NCBI GenBank assembly: GCA_964477695.1
Contig: CAYZFN010000228.1
Location: 10,281 to 74,280, forward strand
DNA from: an uncultured Enterobacteriaceae bacterium
Lineage (GTDB): Bacteria; Pseudomonadota; Gammaproteobacteria; Burkholderiales; SG8-39
DNA: 64,000 bases
Reading direction: 5' to 3'
The position numbers and the translations under genes are program-made. Below the pieces are notes generated by a model, which was not told the origin of the DNA, did not search any database, and saw nothing but the letters and a program-made list of their open reading frames with translations. This document shows, piece after piece, positions 41,408 to 50,924 of this stretch; positions within the stretch are counted from its first letter, which is position 1; every line of letters starts with the position of its first letter.

Positions 41408-43519
41408 CTAGACCGTCGAGGCCGCGGTGAACGGCATCTTGCGGTAGCGCTTGCCGGTGAGCGCGAACAGCGCGTTCGCCATCGTCGGCCCGAGCAATGC
41501 CATGCCCGGCTCGCCGATGCCGCCCGGCTTCTCGTCGCTCTGCACGATGACGATGTCGATCTGCGGCGTCTCGGACATGCGCGGCAGCAGGTACTGGTGG
41601 AAGTTGGTCTGCTCGACGCGGCCGTCCTTGAGCGTGATGTTGCCGTACAGCGCCGCCTGCAGCCCGAACACGACGTTGCTCTCGAGCTGCTGCATGACGA
41701 TGTTGGGGTTCACCATGCGCCCGAGGTCGACCGCCACGACCACGCGGTGCAGCTTCGGCTTGCCATCGACCAGCGACACTTCGGCGACCTGCGCCATGTA
41801 CGTGTCGTAGCCTTCCATGAGCCCGATGCCGCGCGCACGGCCCTGCGGCAGCGGCGTTCCCCAGCCCGCTTTCTCCGCCGCGGCGGTCAGCACGCGCGCG
41901 AAGCGCGGCTGCTTCTCCAGCAGCGAAAGACGGTACTGATAGGGATCCTTGCCCGCCGCGCTCGCCAACTCGTCGATGAACGACTCGTTGGCGAAAATGT
42001 TGAGCGCGTGCGACACCGAGCGGAGATAGCCGACCCGCAGGCCGGTGTCGTGGATCACCGTGCCGACCGACTGGTTCGGGATGTCGTAGGGCACGAGGAT
42101 CGCCTCGGTCATCAGCGGATCGACGCCGTCCTTGACGAGCGGCGGGAACAGCCGCGAGGTCACCGACGGCGAGCTCATTTTCAGCGCGAACACGGTCGGC
42201 TTGCCGTCCCCATCGAGGCCGCCGAACATCCGGTGCAGGCTCGCGGGACGGTAGAAGTCGTGCGTCATGTCGTCTTCGCGCGTCCAGACCAGCTTCACCG
42301 GCTTGCCGATCGCCTTCGAGATCTCGACCGCCTGCGCCATGTAGTCGAGGTCGATGCGCCGGCCGAAGCCGCCGCCGAGGAACGTGGTCTTGATGGTGAT
42401 CTGCTCGGGCTTCAGCCCCGTGATGGCGGCGGCCATGCCGAGCGCCATCTGCTGGAACTGGATCGAGCCGATCAAGACTGCGCTGTCCTTCTTGACGTCG
42501 GCGGTGAAGTTCATCGGCTCGAGCGGCGAGTGCGACAGGAACGGCAGCTCGTAGCTCGCCTCGATGCGCTTCGCCGCGCCGGTGTACGCGCTCTGCACGT
42601 CGCCCTGCTGCCGGACCTGCGCCGCCGGCCTGGACATCGCCGCGGCGAGACCCTCGGACACGGTGCTGCTCGACACCTGCTTGAGCGGACCCTCGTCCCA
42701 CTCGATCTTCAGCGTGTCGCGCGCCTTGCGCGCGCGCCACCAGCTGTCGGCCACCACGGCGACGCCGTCGCTGATCTGCAGCACGTGCTTCACTCCAGGC
42801 ATCTTCTTCGCCTGCGAGTCGTCGTAGCTCACCACCTTGCCGCCGAGCACCGGGCACTGCGCGAGCGCGGCGTACAGCATCCCGGGCAGCACGGTGTCGA
42901 TGCCGAACTTGGTCGTGCCGTTGATCTTGCCCGGCGTATCGAGGCGCTTGAGCGGCTGGCCGACGTAGCGGAACTGGCTCGGGTCCTTCAGCTTCACTTC
43001 CTTGGGCGGCGTGAGCTTGGCTGCCGCAGCAGCCAGGGAGCCGTAACTGGCTTTCTTGTTTTCGTAAGTCACAAAACCATTGGCGGCCTTGCACTCGGCG
43101 GGATCGACCTTCCACTTGGCGGCCGCCGCCTGCACGAGCATCGTGCGCGCCTGCGCGCCCGCGACGCGCAGCCGATCGTAGCCGTCGCGCACGGAGGTCG
43201 AGCCGCCCGTGATCTGGCCGCCCAGCATGCCGTTGATGTAGGCCTCGCCCGGCGGGGCGAAGTCGACCTTCACCTTGTAGATGTCGACCTCGAGCTCCTC
43301 GGCGACGAGCGTCGGCATCGCCATCACCACGCCCTGCCCCATCTCGGAGCGCGCGCAGAGGATGGTCACCTCGTTGTTCGGCGCAATGCGCACCCACGCG
43401 TTGATCGGCGAAGGCTCGGTAGCTGCGAAGGCTCCTTTGAGCGGGAGGGAAAAGCCGATGACCAGGCCGCCGCTCGCCTGCATGAAGCGGCGCCGGGAGA
43501 CGTTCTTGATCGCGCTCAT
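41408..43519 (-). CDS. Molybdopterin-binding oxidoreductase large subunit (IorB/aldehyde-oxidase-like), Tat-exported
   Basis: ATG 43519: MSAIKNVSRRRFMQASGGLVIGFSL (twin-arginine signal). GGGFGRR, HSPLEPMN and GGIGEPG motifs of the xanthine dehydrogenase family. The first 163 aa of the track's 866-aa ORF are an out-of-frame overlap with the upstream gene. Confidence 0.9.
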   Translation of the reverse strand: MSAIKNVSRRRFMQASGGLVIGFSLPLKGAFAATEPSPINAWVRIAPNNEVTILCARSEMGQGVVMAMPTLVAEELEVDIYKVKVDFAPPGEAYINGMLGGQITGGSTSVRDGYDRLRVAGAQARTMLVQAAAAKWKVDPAECKAANGFVTYENKKASYGSLAAAAAKLTPPKEVKLKDPSQFRYVGQPLKRLDTPGKINGTTKFGIDTVLPGMLYAALAQCPVLGGKVVSYDDSQAKKMPGVKHVLQISDGVAVVADSWWRARKARDTLKIEWDEGPLKQVSSSTVSEGLAAAMSRPAAQVRQQGDVQSAYTGAAKRIEASYELPFLSHSPLEPMNFTADVKKDSAVLIGSIQFQQMALGMAAAITGLKPEQITIKTTFLGGGFGRRIDLDYMAQAVEISKAIGKPVKLVWTREDDMTHDFYRPASLHRMFGGLDGDGKPTVFALKMSSPSVTSRLFPPLVKDGVDPLMTEAILVPYDIPNQSVGTVIHDTGLRVGYLRSVSHALNIFANESFIDELASAAGKDPYQYRLSLLEKQPRFARVLTAAAEKAGWGTPLPQGRARGIGLMEGYDTYMAQVAEVSLVDGKPKLHRVVVAVDLGRMVNPNIVMQQLESNVVFGLQAALYGNITLKDGRVEQTNFHQYLLPRMSETPQIDIVIVQSDEKPGGIGEPGMALLGPTMANALFALTGKRYRKMPFTAASTV

Positions 43520-43521
43520 GG

Positions 43522-43977
43522 TCAGGCTCCTTTCGCGGCTTTTTGGATCGCCGCGCGAATGCGCGGATAAGTGCCGCAGCGGCAGATGTTGCCGTCCATC
43601 GCCGCATCGATCTGCGCGTCGGTGGGGTTCGGCGTGGCGGCGAGCAGCGCTGTCGCGCTCATGATCTGGCCCGACTGGCAGTAGCCGCACTGCGGCACGT
43701 CGAGCTCGCGCCACGCGGCCTGCACGCGCTTGCCGACCGGCGTCGCGCCGACGCCTTCGATCGTCGTGACCTTCTTGCCGACCGCGGCAGACACGGGCGT
43801 GCCGCACGCGCGCACGGGCTTGCCGTCGAGATGCACCGTGCACGCCCCGCAGAGCTGCATGCCGCAGCCGAACTTCGTTCCCGTGAGATGCAGCGAATCG
43901 CGCAGGACCCAGAGCAGCGGCGTATCGGACTCGGCGTCCGCGCGCAGCTGCTTGCCGTTGACGTTCAAGGTGATCAT
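43522..43977 (-). CDS. (2Fe-2S)-binding small subunit of the Mo-hydroxylase (IorA-like)
   Basis: ATG 43977 preceded by [40 protein letters not shown]. Confidence 0.9.
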   Translation of the reverse strand: MITLNVNGKQLRADAESDTPLLWVLRDSLHLTGTKFGCGMQLCGACTVHLDGKPVRACGTPVSAAVGKKVTTIEGVGATPVGKRVQAAWRELDVPQCGYCQSGQIMSATALLAATPNPTDAQIDAAMDGNICRCGTYPRIRAAIQKAAKGA

Positions 43978-44073
43978 CGGACCTCCTCCCAGGTGGTGAT
44001 GAAACCACTCTAAGACTTGGCAGGCGCGATGTACAGGCCCGCGCCTGCCTTCCGCCCTTATAATTTTTCCCCC

Positions 44074-45021
44074 ATGTCGCAGCTCGAATCGCTTGCCCAG
44101 CATTCCCTCGTGGTCGCCGACACCGGCGACATCGAGGCGGTCGCCCGCTGGCGCCCGCAGGACGCCACCACCAACCCGTCGCTGCTGCTCGCTTCCGCCG
44201 AGGACCCGCGCTACCGGCGGCTCGTCGATGCCGCCATCCGCGAGGCGCGCGGCGATACCGCGCTCGCCATGGACGGGTTGTTCGTCCAGTTCGGGCGCGA
44301 GATCCTGAAATACGTGCAAGGTCGCGTTTCGACGGAGGTGGACGCCCGGCTGTCCTTCGACACCGAGGGGTCGATCGAGCGCGCGCAGCGCCTCATTGCC
44401 CTGTATGAAAAGCAGGGCGTGTCACGCGAGCGAGTGCTGATCAAGCTGGCGTCGACCTGGGAAGGAATCCAAGCCGCCGCGCGCCTCGAGCGCGAGGGCA
44501 TCCACTGCAACATGACGCTGCTCTTCTCGTTCGCCCAGGCGGCCGCCTGCGCCGATGCCGGCGTGACGCTCATCTCGCCGTTCGTCGGGCGCATCTACGA
44601 CTGGTACCGGCAGTCGCGCAAGGTGGACGACATCCCGGTGGCCGACGATCCCGGCGTCGCCTCGGTGGTGCGCATCTACAACTACTACAAGAAGCACGGC
44701 TACCGCACGCAGGTCATGGGCGCGAGCTTCCGCAAGACCGAGCAGATCCTCGCGCTCGCGGGCTGCGACCTCCTCACCATCGCGCCAGAGCTGCTGCAGA
44801 AGCTCGCCGCCGCGCCGGGCGCGGTCGAAAGGCGGCTCTCGCCCGACAGGGCGAAAAGCGATGCGGCGGGCAGGCTCGCGCTCGACGAGAAGGCCTTCCG
44901 CTGGCTGCAAAACGAGGACGCCATGGCGACCGAGAAGCTCGCCGAGGGCATCCGCCGCTTCGCCGCCGACGCCGGCAAGCTCGAGCGCCTGATCATCTCG
45001 CTCGCCGCCGCCGCGGCCTGA
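44074..45021 (+). CDS. tal: Transaldolase
   Basis: ATG 44074: [21 protein letters not shown]....[69 protein letters not shown]. Confidence 0.92.
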   Translation: MSQLESLAQHSLVVADTGDIEAVARWRPQDATTNPSLLLASAEDPRYRRLVDAAIREARGDTALAMDGLFVQFGREILKYVQGRVSTEVDARLSFDTEGSIERAQRLIALYEKQGVSRERVLIKLASTWEGIQAAARLEREGIHCNMTLLFSFAQAAACADAGVTLISPFVGRIYDWYRQSRKVDDIPVADDPGVASVVRIYNYYKKHGYRTQVMGASFRKTEQILALAGCDLLTIAPELLQKLAAAPGAVERRLSPDRAKSDAAGRLALDEKAFRWLQNEDAMATEKLAEGIRRFAADAGKLERLIISLAAAAA

Positions 45022-45045
45022 TTCCGGGTCACGGGCGTAACGGCG

Positions 45046-45252
45046 ATGGCGCTGTGGAAGAGGCTCTGGATCCTCTTCACCGTAATCTGGGTCGTGGTGC
45101 TGGCGCTGCAGGTCGGCACCATCCTCGCCGTCGGCGAGGAGCCGCCCGAGAAGGCGCTGCGGCCGATCGTGCTCGCGATCGTCGTGCCGGCGCTGCTGTA
45201 CCTGGTGCTCTGGGTCTGGGCGAAGTTTCGCCCGCCTGAAAAAGGTTCCTGA
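45046..45252 (+). CDS. Small membrane protein (68 aa, two hydrophobic helices)
   Basis: MALWKRLWILFTVIWVVVLALQVGTILAV...IVLAIVVPALLYLVLWVWA. No family recognised. Confidence 0.5.
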   Translation: MALWKRLWILFTVIWVVVLALQVGTILAVGEEPPEKALRPIVLAIVVPALLYLVLWVWAKFRPPEKGS

Positions 45253-45260
45253 CCCCTTTT

Positions 45261-45893
45261 CTAGCGGAACGCGAGGTTGCGCGCGCGCTGCAGCTGCGCG
45301 TCGGCGCGCTTGAGTTCGGCCTGCGCCTGGCGGCGGGCGGCGTCGCGCTCCGCGTCCTCGAGCAGCACGGGCTGCGCGACATGCGGCGCGAGCTTCTTCT
45401 CCGCCTCGGGCAGCGTGTCGAGCAGGTCGTCGAGCGCCTTCAGCGTCCTGTTGAGCTCGTAGTGGTCGCGCTCGACGTTCTTCTTCAGCTCGAGCGCGCC
45501 CTGGAACCAGCCTTCGTTGCGCCGCCTCGTGCCGCGCGCCATGTAGGCCTCCAGCGCGGCGCGGTTCGCCGCCGCCTGGCGCTCGAGCCGCTCGGCCTCG
45601 ACGCGCCGCCGCGCGATCTCGCGCGCGCTGATGATGTAGAGCTCGGCCGCCTCGGCGAGCTGCGGGTCGCGCGGTGCCTTGGCCGCCTGCAGGTTCTGGT
45701 CGAGGCGCGCCACCAGCTCGGCCGGCGCCCGCGGGGCGAGCGCCAGGCGCAGCTGGCCGGTGGTGTTGCGCAGGAGCTCGACCATCTCGCGGTCCTCGAC
45801 GTGCTTCTCCGCGACGCCGCGCGTCCAGTAGCCGGCCGCCGAGAGCACCAATACGGCGATGGCGACGGCGGCCATGAGGACGGCGCGATTCAT
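45261..45893 (-). CDS. Membrane-anchored hypothetical protein (210 aa, helical/coiled coil)
   Basis: N-terminal anchor AVLMAAVAIAVLVLSAAGYW. The remainder is charged and helical. No family recognised. Confidence 0.55.
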   Translation of the reverse strand: MNRAVLMAAVAIAVLVLSAAGYWTRGVAEKHVEDREMVELLRNTTGQLRLALAPRAPAELVARLDQNLQAAKAPRDPQLAEAAELYIISAREIARRRVEAERLERQAAANRAALEAYMARGTRRRNEGWFQGALELKKNVERDHYELNRTLKALDDLLDTLPEAEKKLAPHVAQPVLLEDAERDAARRQAQAELKRADAQLQRARNLAFR

Positions 45894-45916
45894 GCAAGGA
45901 GCATGACACGGCCGCC

Positions 45917-46939
45917 ATGCCCCAATCCGTGAACCCTTTCCGCTCCGGCGACGAAAAGATCCGGCTCGCTTCCTACCTGCTCGCCGCCATCGCCCTATGG
46001 CTGGTCCTGCAGCTCGACCTCCTGCCCGCGGTAGTCGCGGGACTCCTCGTCTACGAGCTCGTGCAGCTCATGTCGCCGCCCCTCGAGCGGCTGCGCGGCA
46101 AGCGCTCGCACAGCCTCGCGCTGGTCGCGCTGATCGTGCTCGTGATCGTCGCGCTGAGCGCGCTCGTGGTCGGCGCCGTGGCGTTCTTCAAGTCGAGCGG
46201 CGGCGTGCCGACGCTGCTGCACAAGATCGCCGAAGTGCTCGAGGCCTCGTCGGCGGCGATGCCCGATTGGCTCGCGCAGTGGGTACCGAGCGACGTGGCA
46301 AGCCTGCGCGAGACGCTGTCGCGCTGGCTGCGCGAGCATTCGCACGAGCTGCGCCGGTTCACCGGCGGCGCGGCGCGCTCGCTCGTGCACGTCATCATCG
46401 GCATGGCGATCGGCGCGATGCTGTCGCTGCGCCATGTGCAGGGATCGCGGGACCGCGCGCCGCTGGCGGCTGCGCTGAGCGAGCGCGCGCGGCGCTTCGG
46501 CGACAGCTTCGGGCGCGTCATCTTCGCCCAGGCGCGCATCTCCGCCATCAATACCGCCGCGACCGCGCTTTATGTGTTCGCGCTGCTGCCGCTCTTCGGC
46601 ATGCAGCTGCCGCTGAAAACCGCGCTCGTCGTGCTCACCTTCATTACCGGCCTCTTGCCGGTGATCGGCAACCTGATCTCGAGCACGGCAATCGTGATCG
46701 TCAGCTTCGCCGTCTCGTTCTCCGCCGGCGTTGCCTCGATCGTGTTCCTGACCGTGATCCACAAGATGGAGTACTTCCTGAATGCGCGCATCATCGGCTC
46801 GCGCGTGAACGCGCACTCCTGGGAGATGCTCGGCACGATGCTCGTGCTGCAGGCCGCGTTCGGCCTGAGCGGGCTGATCGCCGCGCCGTTCTACTACGCC
46901 TACGTGAAGCGCGAGCTGACGGAGCGCGAGCTCGTCTAG
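45917..46939 (+). CDS. AI-2E family transporter (PerM-like permease)
   Basis: 340 aa, multiple TM segments. The C-terminal block LLPVIGNLISSTAIVIVSF...HKMEYFLNARIIGSRVN...WEML is typical of the family. Confidence 0.85.
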   Translation: MPQSVNPFRSGDEKIRLASYLLAAIALWLVLQLDLLPAVVAGLLVYELVQLMSPPLERLRGKRSHSLALVALIVLVIVALSALVVGAVAFFKSSGGVPTLLHKIAEVLEASSAAMPDWLAQWVPSDVASLRETLSRWLREHSHELRRFTGGAARSLVHVIIGMAIGAMLSLRHVQGSRDRAPLAAALSERARRFGDSFGRVIFAQARISAINTAATALYVFALLPLFGMQLPLKTALVVLTFITGLLPVIGNLISSTAIVIVSFAVSFSAGVASIVFLTVIHKMEYFLNARIIGSRVNAHSWEMLGTMLVLQAAFGLSGLIAAPFYYAYVKRELTERELV

Positions 46940-46955
46940 CCCGCGCTCCCCGGCT

Positions 46956-47477
46956 TCAGGAAGCCGCGCTGCCCGCGGGCTTCAGCACGCCCTTGTGCAG
47001 GCGCACCTTGTCGCCCGCGTGCCAGGTCGGCGCGTCGGTCGAAACGACTTTCACCGAGCCGTCGTGCATGCGTACCGAGATGTCGTAGCGCTTGGTGGTG
47101 CGCGCGCTGCGCTCGATCTGGTGCCCAGCGACGCCGCCGACCACGGCGCCGATCGCCGTGCCGGCGCGGTTGCCGTCGCCGATCTCGTGGCCGATCACGG
47201 CGCCGGCGACGCCGCCCGCCACTGCGCCGACGCCGGTGCCTTTGCCCATGACGTCGACTTCCTTCACGCCGACCACTACGCCGCAGTCGCCGCAAACGGC
47301 GGCGACGCGCGTCGCCGGCTTTTCCTGCGCCTTGGCAACCGCCGGCTGCGGCTCCGCCTTCGAGCCGGGCAGGTAGCCGCCGAGGGCGGCGACCGCGAGC
47401 GCCGAGACGATGATCACGGCCGAGGCCGCGCCGGCGACGAGGGGATGCAGCCGGGGTCTTGCTTGCACGTTCTCCAT
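46956..47477 (-). CDS. Glycine-zipper 2TM domain protein (17-kDa surface-antigen-like)
   Basis: ATG 47477. CGDCGVV..VKEV, GTGVGAVAGGVAGAVIGHEIGDGNRAGTAIGAVVGGVAGHQIE, then YDISVRMHDGSVKVV. Confidence 0.75.
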   Translation of the reverse strand: MENVQARPRLHPLVAGAASAVIIVSALAVAALGGYLPGSKAEPQPAVAKAQEKPATRVAAVCGDCGVVVGVKEVDVMGKGTGVGAVAGGVAGAVIGHEIGDGNRAGTAIGAVVGGVAGHQIERSARTTKRYDISVRMHDGSVKVVSTDAPTWHAGDKVRLHKGVLKPAGSAAS

Positions 47478-47530
47478 TGCTTCGCTCCTTTTCGAACTTG
47501 GTCGAGCGGCGCGGAGAATAAATCGGCGAT

Positions 47531-48751
47531 GTGACGCGGGAGATGAAGGAGTCGACCGATGGTTCGGATGGCGGATCGAGCGGCAGAGCTTCGCGCAACA
47601 ATCCGGCATCGCTGTCGCCGGGCGGCGACGATTTCGTGATCGCGAGGTTTATCGTTCTTTACGTCGCGATGTACGCGGCGTACGGCGTCGCCTCGCCCTT
47701 TCTCCCGGCGTTCCTGCATTCGCGCGGCCTGCCGGCCGAGGCGCTCGGCGTCCTGATCGCCGCGGGCACGGCGGTGCGCCTCGCAGCCGCGCCGCTTGCC
47801 GGCCGTCTCGGCGACCGCATCCACGGCCTGCGCATCGTGCTCACCGCGAGCGCGGTCGCCGCCGCGTGCGTCACCGCAGGCTATTTCTGGTCGTACGGAT
47901 CGATCGCGCTGGCGGCGCTCTATGTCGCGCAATCGGCCGCGCTCGCGCCGACCGCGGTGCTCGCGGACGCGCTGGCGATCGGCCGCGGCTTCGAGTACGG
48001 CTGGGTGCGCGGCGCGGGCTCGGCGGCCTTCGTCGCCGGCACGCTCGTTTCCGGCCAGGCGGTCGCCGGATTCGGCCTCACGGCCATCGTCGCGCTCCAG
48101 GCGACGCTGCTCGCCGGCGAAGCGATCGCCGCGTACCGAGTGCCGGAGCGGCCGCAATTGCCTGCGTCACACCGCACGTCGCGGACGAGCGTGATCGCGC
48201 TTCTTCGCCTTCCGGTGTTCCGTAGGCTGGTCCTGGCCGCTGCGCTGGTGCTCGGCAGCCACGCGATGAACGACGCCTTCGCCGTCATCCGCTGGAGCCA
48301 GGCCGGCATCGGTCCCGCGACCTCGAGCGTGCTCTGGTCGGAAGCGGTCGCCGCGGAAGTACTGGTGTTCTTCTTCCTCGGCCCGCGGCTCGTCGCGCGG
48401 CTCACGCCAGGCGGCGCGATCGCGGCTGCAGCGATCGCCGGTGCCGTGCGCTGGGGAGTCATGGCGAGCAGCGCGAGCGTGCTCGCGGTGGCGCTGGTGC
48501 AGCCGCTGCACGGCCTCACCTTCGCGCTGCTGCACCTCGCGTGCATGCGCCTCATCGCGCGCAGCGTGCCCTCCGGCCTGGAAGGCACGGCGCAGGCGAT
48601 CTACGGGACGCTCGGCGTCGGCGCGGCGAGCGCGCTGCTCACGCTCGCCTCGGGCGTGCTGTACGGCCGCTTCGGCGCGCCCGCGTTCTGGGCGATGGCG
48701 GCGCTATGCGCCGCCGCCCTGCCCCTCGGGATGAAGCTCGCCCGCGCCTAG
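47531..48751 (+). CDS. MFS transporter (12-TM, HcaT-like)
   Basis: Hydrophobic periodicity throughout. GRLGDRIHG loop motif after TM2. Start is GTG 47531 or ATG 47543. Confidence 0.8.
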   Translation: MTREMKESTDGSDGGSSGRASRNNPASLSPGGDDFVIARFIVLYVAMYAAYGVASPFLPAFLHSRGLPAEALGVLIAAGTAVRLAAAPLAGRLGDRIHGLRIVLTASAVAAACVTAGYFWSYGSIALAALYVAQSAALAPTAVLADALAIGRGFEYGWVRGAGSAAFVAGTLVSGQAVAGFGLTAIVALQATLLAGEAIAAYRVPERPQLPASHRTSRTSVIALLRLPVFRRLVLAAALVLGSHAMNDAFAVIRWSQAGIGPATSSVLWSEAVAAEVLVFFFLGPRLVARLTPGGAIAAAAIAGAVRWGVMASSASVLAVALVQPLHGLTFALLHLACMRLIARSVPSGLEGTAQAIYGTLGVGAASALLTLASGVLYGRFGAPAFWAMAALCAAALPLGMKLARA

Positions 48752-49281
48752 TACTGGATGTCGCTGCGGCGGTTCTCGGCCCACGACTGCTCGTCGTGGC
48801 CGGTCGACTTCGGCTTCTCCTCGCCGTAGCTCACCGCCTCGAGCCGCTGCCCGTTCACGCCGAGCAGCTGCATCGCCTTGGTGACGCTTTCGGCGCGCCG
48901 CTGGCCGAGCGCGAGGTTGTATTCCTTGCTGCCGCGCTCGTCGGCGTTGCCTTCCACGCGCGCCTTCACATCGGGGTGGTCGCGCAGGAACTGCGCGTTC
49001 GCCTCGATCACCTTCTTGTCCTCGGCAGTCAGGCTCGACTTGTCGAAGTCGTAGTACACCGAGCGCGTGTCCGGCCTGCCGGCCGCGCTGCGCGCCATCG
49101 CGCCGAGCGCGCCGCTCGACGGAGCGCTGCTCGAGCTCGCGGAGCTCGTCGGCGAAGCGTTCGTCGCGCTCGACTGCGGCGTCGTCGCGGTGTCCTCGTT
49201 CTTCGATTGGGTGGCGCATCCGCCGGCGAGCACGAGCGCGAGCGGGATGCAGATCTTCAGCATGCGGGTGTCCATGTACAT
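48748..49281 (-). CDS. Pal-like OmpA-family peptidoglycan-associated lipoprotein
   Basis: Lipobox LVLAGGC. YYDFDKSSL..E....I.ANA.FL..HP....R.EGN.DERGS.EYNLALGQRRAESV...M...GV...RL...SYGEEKP. The start may be the internal ATG at 49263 (MLKICIP). Confidence 0.85.
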   Translation of the reverse strand: MYMDTRMLKICIPLALVLAGGCATQSKNEDTATTPQSSATNASPTSSASSSSAPSSGALGAMARSAAGRPDTRSVYYDFDKSSLTAEDKKVIEANAQFLRDHPDVKARVEGNADERGSKEYNLALGQRRAESVTKAMQLLGVNGQRLEAVSYGEEKPKSTGHDEQSWAENRRSDIQY

Positions 49282-49350
49282 ATCCCTCTTATAGTGTGGA
49301 AGGCGCCCGCCTCGTCGGGATCGCGGCGCGGCGCGGCGGTATTATGCGCC

Positions 49351-49360
49351 AAATATATTT
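49351..49360. promoter_or_regulatory. Perfect AT-only 10-bp palindrome AAATATATTT 6 nt upstream of the marR-family start; candidate operator/-10 region
   Basis: Read directly. It stands out in ~68% GC DNA and lies in the 85-bp divergent spacer between the Pal-like and MarR genes, next to TATTAT at 49340-49345. Confidence 0.3.
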
Positions 49361-49366
49361 CCACAA

Positions 49367-49858
49367 ATGTATCGCAGTTCTCAGAAGCAGCGCCGCATGC
49401 TCGAGGTGCTGGCGCAGTTCCGGATCATCATCCGCTCGGTGCGCCGCCATTATCAGGATGTCGAGCGGCGCGCCGGCCTGAGCGGCGCGCAGCTCTGGGC
49501 GCTCGCCGAGGTCTCGGCACAGCCCGGCCTGCAGGTCGGCGGCCTCGCCCGGGCGCTCGCCGTGCACCCATCCACGGCAAGCAACCTTGCGCGACGCTTG
49601 CATGCGCTCGGGCTGGTCAGGCGGGAACGCCAGGGGCACGACCAGCGGCATGTGCAGTTGTTCACCACCCCGCGCGGCGCAAAGGTGCTCGGCCGGGCGC
49701 CCAAGCCGTCGATCGGCGTACTGCAGCAGGCGCTCTCCGAGCTGCCGCCGGCGCGCCTGGGCGAGCTGCACGCAGCGCTCGAGCGAGTGGTCGCGCTCAT
49801 GAAGGTGAAGAGCGTGACGGCGGCGCGCGCGCTGCCGCTCTCGGACATTACCCGCTAA
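49367..49858 (+). CDS. MarR-family transcriptional regulator
   Basis: LSGAQLWALAEV...PGLQVGGLARALAVHPSTASNLARRLHALGLVRRER...DQR.V.L..T..G is a winged-helix MarR pattern. Confidence 0.85.
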   Translation: MYRSSQKQRRMLEVLAQFRIIIRSVRRHYQDVERRAGLSGAQLWALAEVSAQPGLQVGGLARALAVHPSTASNLARRLHALGLVRRERQGHDQRHVQLFTTPRGAKVLGRAPKPSIGVLQQALSELPPARLGELHAALERVVALMKVKSVTAARALPLSDITR

Positions 49859-50625
49859 ACCGCGGCGATCAGCCGCGCCAGCGTTCCCACGCCCCAGACG
49901 GTGGCGATGCCCGCAAGGATGAGCGCGACCTGCGCCACGGCCGCGCTCGGCTCGACGCGCTTGTGCAGGCCCGGGATCAGGTCGGCGATGGCGACGTACA
50001 GCATGCTCGCCGCGGCGATGCCGAGCAGCGGCGCGATCCATTCGCGCAGGCCCTGCAGCGCGAAATAGCCGGCGACGCCGCCGAGCAGCATCGCCGAGCT
50101 CGCGAGCAGGTTGTAGAAGAAGGCGCGGCGCTTGCCGTATCCGGAGTGCAGCAGCACCAGGAAGTCGCCCACCTCCTGCGGCACCTCGTGCGTGATGATC
50201 GCGAGCGCGCTCACCACGCCGAGCTCGAAGTCGGCGATGAACGCCCCGGCGATGATCACGCCGTCGACCAGGTTGTGCACGCTGTCGCCGACGATCACCA
50301 TCGGCGCCACGTGCCCTCCGGGATGCGCGTGGCCGTTGCCGTGCGCATGGCGCCACAGCAGCAGCTTCTCGAGCATGAAGAAGGCGAGGATGCCGCCGAG
50401 CACGGTCGTGGTGACGACCCCAGGGCGGGGCGCGGTCTCGAGCGCGTGCGGCAGGATCTCGAGCAGCGCCGCGGCGAGCAGCGTGCCGATCGCATAGCTC
50501 ACCAGCATCGGCAAGTCGGCCGCGCGCGCGCGGAGCGCGAACAGCGCCGCCGCCGCGACGCTGAGCACGCCGCCGACCAGGGTCGCGGCGACGATCCAGG
50601 CGAGAACGCTGCTCGTCGGGGGCAT
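49855..50625 (-). CDS. ZIP-family divalent metal (zinc) transporter
   Basis: ATG 50625 (MPPTSSVLAWIVAATLVGGVL). His-rich loop HAHGNGHAHPGGH. GDSVHNLVDGV and ITHEVPQEVGDF motifs. The upstream 41 aa of the track ORF were rejected. Confidence 0.85.
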   Translation of the reverse strand: MPPTSSVLAWIVAATLVGGVLSVAAAALFALRARAADLPMLVSYAIGTLLAAALLEILPHALETAPRPGVVTTTVLGGILAFFMLEKLLLWRHAHGNGHAHPGGHVAPMVIVGDSVHNLVDGVIIAGAFIADFELGVVSALAIITHEVPQEVGDFLVLLHSGYGKRRAFFYNLLASSAMLLGGVAGYFALQGLREWIAPLLGIAAASMLYVAIADLIPGLHKRVEPSAAVAQVALILAGIATVWGVGTLARLIAAV

Positions 50626-50654
50626 CGGGGACGCGATGATAGCGTCCCGCGCCG

Positions 50655-50831
50655 TCAGCGCGCCCGGCGCTTGCCCTTGCCCTTCCCCTTGCCCTTCCCC
50701 TTTCTCGTCGGCGCCGTCGCACCAGCCGTTGCCGACGCGTCCAGCCATTCCTTGAGCGTGGCCGGCGATACGCCGAGCAGCGTGGCAAGCGCGCTCTCGT
50801 GATCCGGGCTTTTCTTGCCGCGCCTGGGCAT
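50655..50831 (-). CDS. Possible small protein (58 aa) with HTH-like segment and (GK)5 basic tail
   Basis: Not in the track (<60 aa). My translation: MPRRGKKSPDHESALATLLGVSPATLKEWLDASATAGATAPTRKGKGKGKGKGKRRAR, stop TGA at 50655-50657. Weak SD; 29 nt upstream of the ZIP gene. Confidence 0.3.
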   Translation of the reverse strand: MPRRGKKSPDHESALATLLGVSPATLKEWLDASATAGATAPTRKGKGKGKGKGKRRAR

Positions 50832-50924
50832 GACCTAAGTTAGGGCGAAACGCTTGCGGCGTAAGCGAACAAAGGTCGGGCGGTTCTGTGACAGCTTCAC
50901 CTCCACGCGCGCGAGAATAGCGCG

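Noticed and set aside
41408-44008. A single 866-aa fusion protein, as drawn in the ORF track.
   Set aside because: The first 163 aa are junk read out of frame across the 2Fe-2S subunit gene. A clean Tat signal begins at the internal ATG 43519, and the separate small subunit (43977-43522) has its own strong SD.
44059-44064. TATAAT hexamer just upstream of the transaldolase gene as a promoter -10.
   Set aside because: It ends only 9 nt before the ATG, and the only TTGGCA-like -35 (44017-44022) is 36 nt away, so it cannot be supported as a sigma-70 promoter.
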